NCBI GenBank assembly: GCA_047621685.1 | Contig: JBLHNG010000001.1 | Location: 16,986-80,985 of the forward strand | Reading direction: 5' to 3' | DNA from: Myxococcota bacterium | Lineage (GTDB): Bacteria; Myxococcota_A; UBA796 | DNA: 64,000 bases | Part shown: in pieces, positions 20,504-29,800 of the stretch | Layout of the letters: each line of letters starts with the position of its first letter | Position numbering within the stretch: the stretch's first letter is position 1 | Program-made: the position numbers and the translations under genes | The notes under the pieces: generated by a model | Database searches by the model: none | Told to the model about the DNA's origin: nothing | Seen by the model: only the letters and a program-made list of their open reading frames with translations

Positions 20504-22102
20504 ATGAGGAAACAGCCCGTGGCGATCATCAACACTCCGAAGCACCTCAAATACAGCAAGACAAAGCTCAAGCAGCTCAAGGCCGGCAGCCACACCGAGG
20601 GGCTGGCCTTCTGCATCCTCCGGAGGAAGGGTGCCCAGGACGCCGTGGTCCACTTCGACAAGCCCGCCCGCGTCGGGCAGTACAAGAACCCGGCGGCCAT
20701 CCACAAGGTGCTGAAGAAGACCACTGCGTTCGACCTCGACGATGCCAATCCCTTCTTCAACGACATCTCCAAGCTCGTCTCGCTGACCGGCGTGGTGACC
20801 CACACCGACGGCAAGCTCCACTTCCAGAAGACCCTCGGTCGCGGAAAGGAAGCGGACCTCAAGCTGGGCATGAAGTTCTTGAAGCAGGCGAAGTTTTCCT
20901 TCGGAACCACGGCCCCCGGTCGCGAGGAGGTTGTGGCCGCGACCAGCAGGTCCACCGAACGCATCACCGCCTTGAAGACGCTCTCGCCAGACGACTGGGC
21001 CACCGTCGCCTCCGATCCTGGAGCCCACTTCGGCACCGTCGAGGGCCTCGGTGACATCATCGAGCAGCTCACCGAGAGCGGCGAGGACCCGGTGCTCCTC
21101 CAGAAGCTGAAGGCTGCCTATACATCGATTGACGACTGGTCCGAAGACGGCATCGAGCCGGTCGACGACGCCATGGCGCTCCTCAGCGGGATCACCGACT
21201 TCCGCGAAGAGGAGACGGACATCCAGGATGCCTGGCAGATGGGGACCGCGGACATGCGGATCGAGCTGTCGAAGCTCCGAACGAAGGCTGCAGAGATGCT
21301 CACTCAGAAGAGCTTCGGCGGCCAATTCAAGAGCCTGTTCAGTCAGGCGCGGACGATGAGCACCATGCGGATGGGCCACTATCAGTTCGTCCATAAGACC
21401 ATTGAAGCGGTCGGCGGTGGCCCGCTGCTGATGGTGAGCGCCTCCTCTACCTTCCAGCACCAGATACTGTTCGACGATGTGAAAGCCGTCCCAATCGCCG
21501 CGGGCCGGTTTCGTCGAAGCAAGAGCGGCAAGAAGATCGCATTCCAGGTCAACAACGGCAGCACCACCGAGCACCTGCTCCAGAGCGCCCTCAAGAAGTC
21601 AGGGCTCGCCAGCAGCACAGCGTTTATCGTCGACGACTTCGACGACTTCCAGGCGACGATGAAGGCAAAGCGCCAGGTCAACGACCTCAAGTCTCCTGCC
21701 GCGATCGCGACGCTGACGCTCTCGTTCACCCTCGAAAAGCCGCTCCTCCGAGACCTCTTTGCCGAGCACTGTGCTGATGAGTACAGCGCGGAGAACATCG
21801 CGTACTACCTGCAGGAAGAAGGGCTCCCCATCCCGAGCTGCATTCCCGCCGACCTGGTGATTATAGACGCGGTGGTTCGCCACCAGGCCTTCATCTCCAA
21901 GGGCCTGAGCACCTCGCTCAACCTGCCCCACACCGTGTACGAGACTGCGGTGGAGCAGGACCCTGTCACGGCCTATTCCACCGTAAAAATAGAAGTCATC
22001 ACGCTGTTCAGGGACACCTTCGCTCGCTTCGTCAAGGGCAAGCATCTGAGCAACGCCGTCGGCACCTCCGCCGAGATCCGCACCCTGATCGGCATCCGCT
22101 GA
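20504..22102 (+). CDS. Cytoplasmic protein with C-terminal RGS (regulator of G-protein signalling)-like domain
   Basis: Residues encoded around 21721..22050: LFAEHCADEYSAENIAYYL ... HQAFIS....SLNLP ... ITLFRDTFARFVKGKHL. These parallel the RGS hallmarks (F..FL.SE[FY]SEEN..FW, ..FI....EVNL, ..M..DS[FY].RFL.S). The N-terminal ~400 aa are unassigned. Confidence 0.65.
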   Translation: MRKQPVAIINTPKHLKYSKTKLKQLKAGSHTEGLAFCILRRKGAQDAVVHFDKPARVGQYKNPAAIHKVLKKTTAFDLDDANPFFNDISKLVSLTGVVTHTDGKLHFQKTLGRGKEADLKLGMKFLKQAKFSFGTTAPGREEVVAATSRSTERITALKTLSPDDWATVASDPGAHFGTVEGLGDIIEQLTESGEDPVLLQKLKAAYTSIDDWSEDGIEPVDDAMALLSGITDFREEETDIQDAWQMGTADMRIELSKLRTKAAEMLTQKSFGGQFKSLFSQARTMSTMRMGHYQFVHKTIEAVGGGPLLMVSASSTFQHQILFDDVKAVPIAAGRFRRSKSGKKIAFQVNNGSTTEHLLQSALKKSGLASSTAFIVDDFDDFQATMKAKRQVNDLKSPAAIATLTLSFTLEKPLLRDLFAEHCADEYSAENIAYYLQEEGLPIPSCIPADLVIIDAVVRHQAFISKGLSTSLNLPHTVYETAVEQDPVTAYSTVKIEVITLFRDTFARFVKGKHLSNAVGTSAEIRTLIGIR

Positions 22103-22133
22103 TCTACCCCATCCCCACCCGCAGGAGCCCACC

Positions 22134-22532
22134 ATGACCAGCAAGTCCGATCGCCACCTCATCGTCCTTCTCTCCCTCGTCGTCGCTGCTGACGCTGGTC
22201 CCGAGGGGCCGTCCATTCGCAAGCGCCGGGCGATGCAGCTCGTCCTCCGGAGCCGGTTTCCCGACCGGGGCTACGCCGATGTCCAGAAGCTCATCGCGAA
22301 GGCCAACACCGGCATGCCCGCGATCACAAGCGGCCTCGACATCATGAAGATCACCGAGCGTCAGGCAGAGAAGCTCGCCGCCACCCTGCCTGCCGAGGAG
22401 CGCGAGGAGGCGCTGCTCACCATCCTCGATGTCGCTGCTGCCGTCCCGGTGATCAGCGCCCAGTCCGAGCGCATCCTCCGCGTCATCGCCCGGACGCTGG
22501 ACCTCTCCGAGCGCCTTCCCGCCGCAGCCTGA
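22134..22532 (+). CDS. Hypothetical protein (weak TerB-like resemblance)
   Basis: 132-aa ORF with coding-like composition. The pattern VVAADAG...ERILRVIARTLDLS is loosely TerB/DjlA-N-like. Confidence 0.4.
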   Translation: MTSKSDRHLIVLLSLVVAADAGPEGPSIRKRRAMQLVLRSRFPDRGYADVQKLIAKANTGMPAITSGLDIMKITERQAEKLAATLPAEEREEALLTILDVAAAVPVISAQSERILRVIARTLDLSERLPAAA

Positions 22533-22685
22533 TCAGTCCTCCCCTGGCTGTCCTTTGCCGGGCGGGTTTCTGACCCAGCTCTGAAGTCTCCCTCACAAGA
22601 CCTGAAGCCCTCTGGCAAGAGCTGGACAAGATCGCTTTCAAAAAACAGAGAGTGATGTAAATTCGGGTCAACTCGGAGACCCCCC

Positions 22686-25600
22686 ATGACGCTGCTCCTC
22701 ACCCTCTCAGCCCCCTCCCTCGCCGCGACCCTCATCGTCGACCCGTCCACCTCCGGTGCATATGCCACCATCCAGGACGGCATCGACGCGGCAAGCTCCG
22801 GCGACACCGTCACGGTGGCGAGCGGGACGTACTACGAGTGCATCGACACCGAAGGGAAGGACCTCACCGTCAGCGGCTCCAGCGCGACCATCGACGGCGC
22901 GGGGTACTGCACCACTGGTGTCATCACCGTGGACGGGGGCGAGACCGTCACCTTCTCCGGCTTCACGATCCGCAACACCTACTACCGCGGCGCCTACGTC
23001 TACTACAGCGACGTCACCTTCGATGATGTCTCCTTCAACGGCAACGGGCACACCTCGTACACCACCTACGGCGGCGGGCTCTACGCCGAGGGCGCCACGG
23101 TGACGATCACCGACTCAGAGTTCACCGACAACGACGCCTACTACGGCGGTGCGATCTACCTCACCCTGGGGGCCGACCTGACCATCTCCGACACGGAGAT
23201 CTCGGACAACTACGGCTACTACGGTGCGGGAATCTACGCGAACACCTCCACCACCGTCTCGCTGGACGCCGTCACCCTCGACACCAACTTCGCCTACTAC
23301 TACGGCGGCGCGGTCTACCTGAACTCCTACGCTGACCTCGAGAGCACCGACTCCACCTGGACCTCAAACGGGGGCTACTACACCCACGGTGCCGGCGTCT
23401 ACGGCTACGCTCAGAATGAGATCACCCTGTCAGGCGACACCTTCGATGACAACGCCGCCACCTACTACACCTCCGGCTACCACGGCGGCGCGGTCTACCT
23501 GGGCACCTACGCGAACCTGACCGCCTCAGACACCACGTTCTCCAACAACGCTGGCTACAACGGTGGTGCGATCTACTCGACCTCGTACAACGACATCGAC
23601 CTCACCGACGTCGACTTCGACGCCAACTACGCCCGCTACTACGGCGGCGCGATCTATGCGTACTACTACAGCGACATCTCGCACAACGGTGGTGAGTACA
23701 CCAGCAACTCGTCGTACTACTCCGGCGGTGCGATCTACTCGACCTACTACGGTGACGTCGATCTCGACAACCTCGACTTCACCTCGACGACCTCGCTGTA
23801 TGGCTACGGCGGCGCGGTCTACCAGTACTACTACGGCTCCCAGAGCATCGCGGACACTACGTTCACCGACTCGACGGCCTACTACGGCGGCGGCGCGCTG
23901 TACCTCCACCAGCTCTACACCTCCGTCACCATCGCCCGCACCGACTTCGACGGCAGCACCGCAACCTACCAGCATGGCGGCGCGATCCACGCCGACTACT
24001 ACGTCGGCCTCGGCATCACCAACAGCACCTTCACCGACAGCCACAGCTACAGCAACGGCGGTGCGATCTACCAGTACCGCTACGGTGCGCTGTCCATCGA
24101 CGCTTCGACCTTTGATGGCAACGACACCACCTACGGCCACGGCGGCGCGATCTACGCCTACCCGGCGACGACGGGGGCCTACGACCTGCTGGTGACCGAC
24201 TCGGAGTTCACCGACAACGAGACGTACTACAACGGCGGTGCGATCTACGCCTACTACATCGATGACCTCGAGATCTCCGGCTCCACCTTCGAGTCCAACG
24301 TCGCCAACAGCTCCAACAGCTCCTACTCGGGCGGCGCGCTGTACCTGTACTACAACGACGACGTCACCGTCGCCTCGAACATGTTCTGCAACAACGAGGC
24401 GTACAATGGCGGTGGCGTCTACAGCTACTACGCCTACGGCGGCACCGATGAGTGGACCAACAACATCTTCCAGGAGAACGTCGCCACCTACGCTGGCGGC
24501 GCGCTCTACTTCTACTCCAACCACTACAACGAGTTCATCAACAACACGCTGGTCGGAAACGATGCCAACACCTACGGCGGCTCAGTCTACTTCCTCGGGA
24601 CCTACTCGTCGTTCTTCAACAACATCATCGCCTACAGCCTCGATGGTGGCGGAGTCTACGCCGCGGGCACCGCCAGCGACACCAACTCTGACTTCTACTA
24701 CAACGACTGGTACAGCAACCTCGGTGGCGACACCGCGGGCTCGTTTTCCTTCTCGACCTCCGGCAACGGCAACATCACCGATGACCCGGACTTCGGCAGC
24801 TACAACCTCGACGGAGACTGCGAAAACGACGACCTGACCCTCGACTCCGGCTCGGCCCTCATCGACGCTGGACACACCGCCTACCAGGACCCCGACGGGA
24901 CCACCTCAGACATCGGTGCCTACGGCGGCCCGGACAGTCCGCTCGTGGACGACGACGGGGATGGCTACTACCAGGGCGATGACTGCGACGACGACGACGC
25001 CAGCACCTACCCGGGCGCGACGGACACCTGGTACGATGGCGTGGACTCGGACTGCGACGGCGCCAGCGACTACGACCAGGACGGAGATGGCGAGGACTCC
25101 GATGCCTACGGCGGCGTAGACTGCGACGACACTGCCGCCAGCATCAACACTTCCGCCTCGGACACCTGGTACGATGGCGTGGACTCGGACTGCGATGGTG
25201 CCAGCGACTACGATCAGGATGCCGACGGCTATGATCACGACAGCTACGGCGGAAGCGACTGCGATGATGTCGACGACAGCGTCAATCCCGGCGAGAGTGA
25301 GACCTGGTACGATGGCATCGACACCGACTGCAGCGGCACCAGTGACTACGACGCCGATGGAGACGGCGAGGACTCCGACGCCTACAGCGGCACCGACTGC
25401 GACGATGCGGACGCCAGCATCAACACCACCACCTCAGAGACCTGGTACGATGGCATCGACTCGGACTGCGATGGCGCCAGCGACTACGATGCAGATGGCG
25501 ACGGCTACGACTCCGACAGTTACAGCGGAACCGACTGCGATGACTCCACCGCGAGCACCAACCCCGGGGCCTCAGAGACCTGGTACGATGGCGTCGATGC

Positions 25601-26774
25601 GGACTGCGCAGGCGACTCTGACTACGATGCAGACGGCGACGGAGAGGACTCCAGCAGCTACAGCGGAGACGACTGCGACGACACGGATGCGACCGTCAAC
25701 ACCACGGCCACTGAGACCTGGTACGATGGCGTCGATGCGGACTGCGCGGGCGACTCCGACTACGACGCGGACATCGACGGCTACGATTCCGACAGCTACG
25801 GCGGAACCGACTGCGATGATGCGGACCTCGCCATCAACCCGGGTGCCTCCGAGACCTGGTACGATGGCATCGACACCGACTGCGACGCCCTGAGCGACTA
25901 CGACCAGGACGGCGACGGCGAAGACTCCGATGCCTACAGCGGTCCGGACTGCAATGACACCGACGCTACCGTCAATACCACATCTGCAGAGATCTGGTAC
26001 GACGGCGTTGATCAAGACTGCAACGGTGCGAGTGACTACGACGCCGACCTCGACGGCTACAACCTGGACACCTACGGCGGCACTGACTGCGACGACACCG
26101 ACGATGCGGTCAACCCCGCTGAGAGCGAGGTCTGGTACGACGGGGTCGATCAGGACTGCGACGGTGCCAGCGACTACGACGCCGACGGCGACGGCTACGA
26201 TCAGGAAGGCCTCGGCGGAGACGACTGCCAGGATGCGGACCCTGACATCTACCCGGGCGCGAAGGATGACCCCTACGACGGCATCGATCAGGACTGCTCT
26301 GGTGACTCGGACTACGACAACGACGGCGATGGCTACGACTCGGTGGACTACGGCGGTCCGGACTGCGACGACGACGACGAGGACATCCACCCCTCCGCCA
26401 CCGAGATCTGGTACGACGGCGTGGATGGCGACTGCGATGGTGCCAGCGACTACGACGCCGACGCTGATGGCTATGAGGCCGCGGACTTTGGCGGCGAAGA
26501 CTGCGACGATGAGGATGGTGCCATCAGCCCGGCCGCTGAGGAGGTCGCTGACGACGGCATCGACCAGGACTGCGACGGCGAAGACCTCGTCACCGAGGAC
26601 ACCACGCCCATCGATGGCGGAGAGGACACCGGCGAGGGCGACGGCGGAGAGTACACCGGTGGGAACACCGATGAGGATGGCGACAAGGCATGCAGCCACG
26701 TGCGGTCGGGGACGGCTGGGCTCTGGGGCCTCATGGTCCTCTTCGTTGGCCTCGTCCGCCGTCGGCGGGAGTGA
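22686..26774 (+). CDS. Giant secreted surface protein: right-handed beta-helix / PMP-type (GGAIY) repeats + 11 tandem 46-aa Cys/Asp repeats + Cys-containing C-terminal sorting tail
   Basis: Signal-like MTLLLTLSAPSLAATL. More than 20 YYGGA[IV]Y-type repeats. Repeats of WYDG[VI]D.DC.G.SDYD.D.DG... Tail ACSHVRSGTAGLWGLMVLFVGLVRRRRE. Confidence 0.85.
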   Translation: MTLLLTLSAPSLAATLIVDPSTSGAYATIQDGIDAASSGDTVTVASGTYYECIDTEGKDLTVSGSSATIDGAGYCTTGVITVDGGETVTFSGFTIRNTYYRGAYVYYSDVTFDDVSFNGNGHTSYTTYGGGLYAEGATVTITDSEFTDNDAYYGGAIYLTLGADLTISDTEISDNYGYYGAGIYANTSTTVSLDAVTLDTNFAYYYGGAVYLNSYADLESTDSTWTSNGGYYTHGAGVYGYAQNEITLSGDTFDDNAATYYTSGYHGGAVYLGTYANLTASDTTFSNNAGYNGGAIYSTSYNDIDLTDVDFDANYARYYGGAIYAYYYSDISHNGGEYTSNSSYYSGGAIYSTYYGDVDLDNLDFTSTTSLYGYGGAVYQYYYGSQSIADTTFTDSTAYYGGGALYLHQLYTSVTIARTDFDGSTATYQHGGAIHADYYVGLGITNSTFTDSHSYSNGGAIYQYRYGALSIDASTFDGNDTTYGHGGAIYAYPATTGAYDLLVTDSEFTDNETYYNGGAIYAYYIDDLEISGSTFESNVANSSNSSYSGGALYLYYNDDVTVASNMFCNNEAYNGGGVYSYYAYGGTDEWTNNIFQENVATYAGGALYFYSNHYNEFINNTLVGNDANTYGGSVYFLGTYSSFFNNIIAYSLDGGGVYAAGTASDTNSDFYYNDWYSNLGGDTAGSFSFSTSGNGNITDDPDFGSYNLDGDCENDDLTLDSGSALIDAGHTAYQDPDGTTSDIGAYGGPDSPLVDDDGDGYYQGDDCDDDDASTYPGATDTWYDGVDSDCDGASDYDQDGDGEDSDAYGGVDCDDTAASINTSASDTWYDGVDSDCDGASDYDQDADGYDHDSYGGSDCDDVDDSVNPGESETWYDGIDTDCSGTSDYDADGDGEDSDAYSGTDCDDADASINTTTSETWYDGIDSDCDGASDYDADGDGYDSDSYSGTDCDDSTASTNPGASETWYDGVDADCAGDSDYDADGDGEDSSSYSGDDCDDTDATVNTTATETWYDGVDADCAGDSDYDADIDGYDSDSYGGTDCDDADLAINPGASETWYDGIDTDCDALSDYDQDGDGEDSDAYSGPDCNDTDATVNTTSAEIWYDGVDQDCNGASDYDADLDGYNLDTYGGTDCDDTDDAVNPAESEVWYDGVDQDCDGASDYDADGDGYDQEGLGGDDCQDADPDIYPGAKDDPYDGIDQDCSGDSDYDNDGDGYDSVDYGGPDCDDDDEDIHPSATEIWYDGVDGDCDGASDYDADADGYEAADFGGEDCDDEDGAISPAAEEVADDGIDQDCDGEDLVTEDTTPIDGGEDTGEGDGGEYTGGNTDEDGDKACSHVRSGTAGLWGLMVLFVGLVRRRRE
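25023..26540. repeat. Tandem array of 11 x 138 bp (46-aa units) inside the giant gene
   Basis: Unit starts checked at 25023, 25161 and 26403 (exact 138-bp phase). Units alternate between a ...DGDGEDSDAY.G.DC.DTDA.VNTT... type and a ...D.DGYDSDSYGG.DCDD.D..[IV]NPG.SE... type. Confidence 0.9.
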
Positions 26775-26783
26775 TGCGTCCCT

Positions 26784-26822
26784 GACATCTGAAGCCGACA
26801 TCTGAAGCCGACATCTGAAGTC
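26784..26822. repeat. 3 x 13-bp direct repeat GACATCTGAAGCC in the spacer between the two giant paralogues
   Basis: Read directly: copies at 26784, 26797 and 26810. The last copy ends ...GTC. Confidence 0.8.
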
Positions 26823-26890
26823 AGAAAACTCTCCCCTCTCCGACTGGCTGGTTGCTCGATTACAGTGGGAGTACCGATTCGGAGGCTACC

Positions 26891-29800
26891 GTGCTCGCCC
26901 TGCTCCTTGCTATGCCGTCCCTGGCAGCGACCCTCACAGTCTCCGCTTCGGGGACCTACACCACCATCCAGTCCGCGGTCACGGCCGCCTCGGATGGGGA
27001 CACCATCTCGATCTCGGCAGGGACCTACATCGAGTGTGTGGATCTCGGCGGACTCGATCTCATCCTGATCGGCGCCTCTACCTCTTCGACCACCGTCGAC
27101 GGTGGCGGGTGTTCTGCGGGTGCATTTTCCATGACCGGGGGCGAGACCGCGGAGATCAGCGACCTCACCATCACCAACAGTGGCTACTCTGCGGTGGTGG
27201 TCGAGAGCAGCTTCCTGACCCTGGACAATGTGGTGATCGAGTCCTCTGGCTCGGTGAGCTTTGGCCGGGACGGCGGCGCGATCTTTGCCGACAGCAGCTA
27301 CATCGAGATCACCGACTCCGTCTTCGACAGCAACGGCGGCTACTACGGCGGCGCGATCGCGCTGGAGTCTGCCTCCGCCCTGGTCGTCGATGATGTGACC
27401 TTCACTGACAACCTGGGCCAGTTCGGTGCGGGCATCTCGCTGAAGGATGCCTCATCCGCCGACATCACCAACACCACCTTCGAGGGCGGACTGGTGAGCG
27501 TGACGGGCTACGGCAAGGGCGGCGCGATCTACAGCTACTACGACGTCGAAGTGACCATCGACAGCTCGACGTTCACCGACAACGATGCCGCGACCTTCGG
27601 CGGTGCCATCTCCATGGAGAGCGGCGGCAGCCTGGTCATCACGAGCTCGATCTTCGACAGCAACGAGATCCTCACCTCGCTGGCTGCCCCCAGCAGCGGC
27701 GGCGCGATCTACACCTACGACCTCGATGAGATGTCCATCTCAGACTCAGAATTCACGGATAACGTCGGTTATTTCTATGGCGGTGCGGTCTTCGCCAACA
27801 ACATGAACGATGAGACCGAGATCAGCGACTCGATCTTCTCTGGCAACGAGATTCAGAGCAAGCGCGGTGGCGCGGTCGAGTTCTCCGCGGGCTCAGATCT
27901 GGTGATCACCCGCTGCACCTTTGAGGACAACATCTCCGCAGAGGGCGGCGCGGCGCTGAGTGTGTACCAAAACGTCACACTGGAAATTACGGAATCCACC
28001 TTCTCCAGAAACACCAACTCCTCCACCCGGGATGCCTACGGCGGCGCGATCTTCGTCTATGACGACGACAACGGCGAAGACCTGACCATCACCGACAGCA
28101 CCTTTGACGACAACGAGGCTGCCCTCTCCGGTGGCGCACTCTACGTCTATGGAATGGACACGGTCGATATCAGCGGGACCGCCTTCCGCAACAACGCAGC
28201 GAGCGGGGTCGGCAGCTCGTCGGTGTACTACGGCGGCGCAGCCAACTTCTACGATGTCTCCGAGGTGAACATCACCAACGCCGATGTCTGTGGAAACGAG
28301 GCAGACTACGCCGGTGGCTTCTATATGGAGCTGATCGACGCGGTCTCGATGAAGAACTCCACGATGGTGGAGAACACCGCCGCGTTTGAGGGCGGCAGCG
28401 GCTACATCCTGGACGTCACGGATGTGGTGATTGAGAACAACACCTTCATCGCAGCGACCGGCGGCGGGCTGTACTTCGGCCAGACCGCGGTGACCTTCAC
28501 CAACAACGTCGTCGCCTACACCACCGACACCTACGGGGTGTACGCCGAGGACTCCGACACCGACACCGACTCCGACTTCACCTACAACGACTGGTACGAC
28601 AACGGAACCGACGACACCGACGGCTACTTCAGCTTCTCGACCACCAGCGACGGCAACATCACCGATGAGCCGGAGTTCAACGACTACTCCGAAGACGGTG
28701 ACTGCACCAACGACGACCTCACCCCCGCCATCGGCTCCCCCCTGATCGACGCCGGCGACCCCGCCATCACCGATCCCGACGACTCCGACAGCGACATCGG
28801 CGCCTATGGTGGTCAGGGCAGCACTGCAGTGGATGAAGACGGCGACGGCTACTACATCAACACCGACTGCGACGACACCGACAGCGACATCAACCCAGGG
28901 GCGACCGAGATCTGTGATGGGGTGGACAACGACTGCGACGGCACCGTCGACATCGGCAGCGACGACGGCGACACCTACTACGCCGACGACGACGGCGACG
29001 GCTTCGGCGACGCCGACGACAGCAGCTTCCTCTGCGAAGAGACCAGCGGCTACGTCACTGACGACACCGACTGTGACGATGGTGACAGCGACATCAACCC
29101 CGACGCCGAAGAAGTCTGTGACAATGAAGACAACGACTGTGACGGCGACATCGACGGCGAAGATGCTACCGATGTGACCACCTGGTACCTCGACTACGAC
29201 TCCGATGGCTATGGCGGGAGTGCCTACACCGAGACCGCCTGCGATCAGCCCTCCGGATACGTCGCTGACAGCACCGACTGCGACGACGGCGACTCCAGCA
29301 TCAGCCCGGGTGCTGATGAGTACTGCGACGGCGACGACAACGACTGCGACGGCGACACCGACGAGGACTCCGCTCTCGATGCCACCACCTGGTACATCGA
29401 CTTCGACAGCGACGGCTACGGGGTCGCAACGTTCACTGAGATCTCCTGCGATGAGCCTTCCGGCTTCGTCGACAACATCGACGACTGCGACGACACCGAC
29501 AGCAGCGTGAGCCCGGATGCTGACGAGGTCTGCGATGGCATCGACAACAACTGTGACGGCACCACAGACACCGATGCCATCGATCTCGCGACCTGGTACG
29601 CCGACGCCGACGGCGACACCTACGGCGACCCTTCAGACAGCGAGATGACCTGCGAGCCCTCGTCCGGCTACGTCGACAACGATGACGACTGCGACGACGA
29701 CTCCGCTGAGGCCCTGCCCGGCGGCACCGAGATCTGTGACGGACTCGACAACGACTGTGACGGCAGCACCGACGACGGAAGCGCAGACATCTCAATGTTC

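Noticed and set aside
20504-22532. Possible horizontally acquired islet around the RGS-domain gene
   Set aside because: It only appears slightly less GC-rich by eye. There are no flanking tRNA, integrase, direct repeats or mobility genes. I cannot compute composition here, so no island is claimed.
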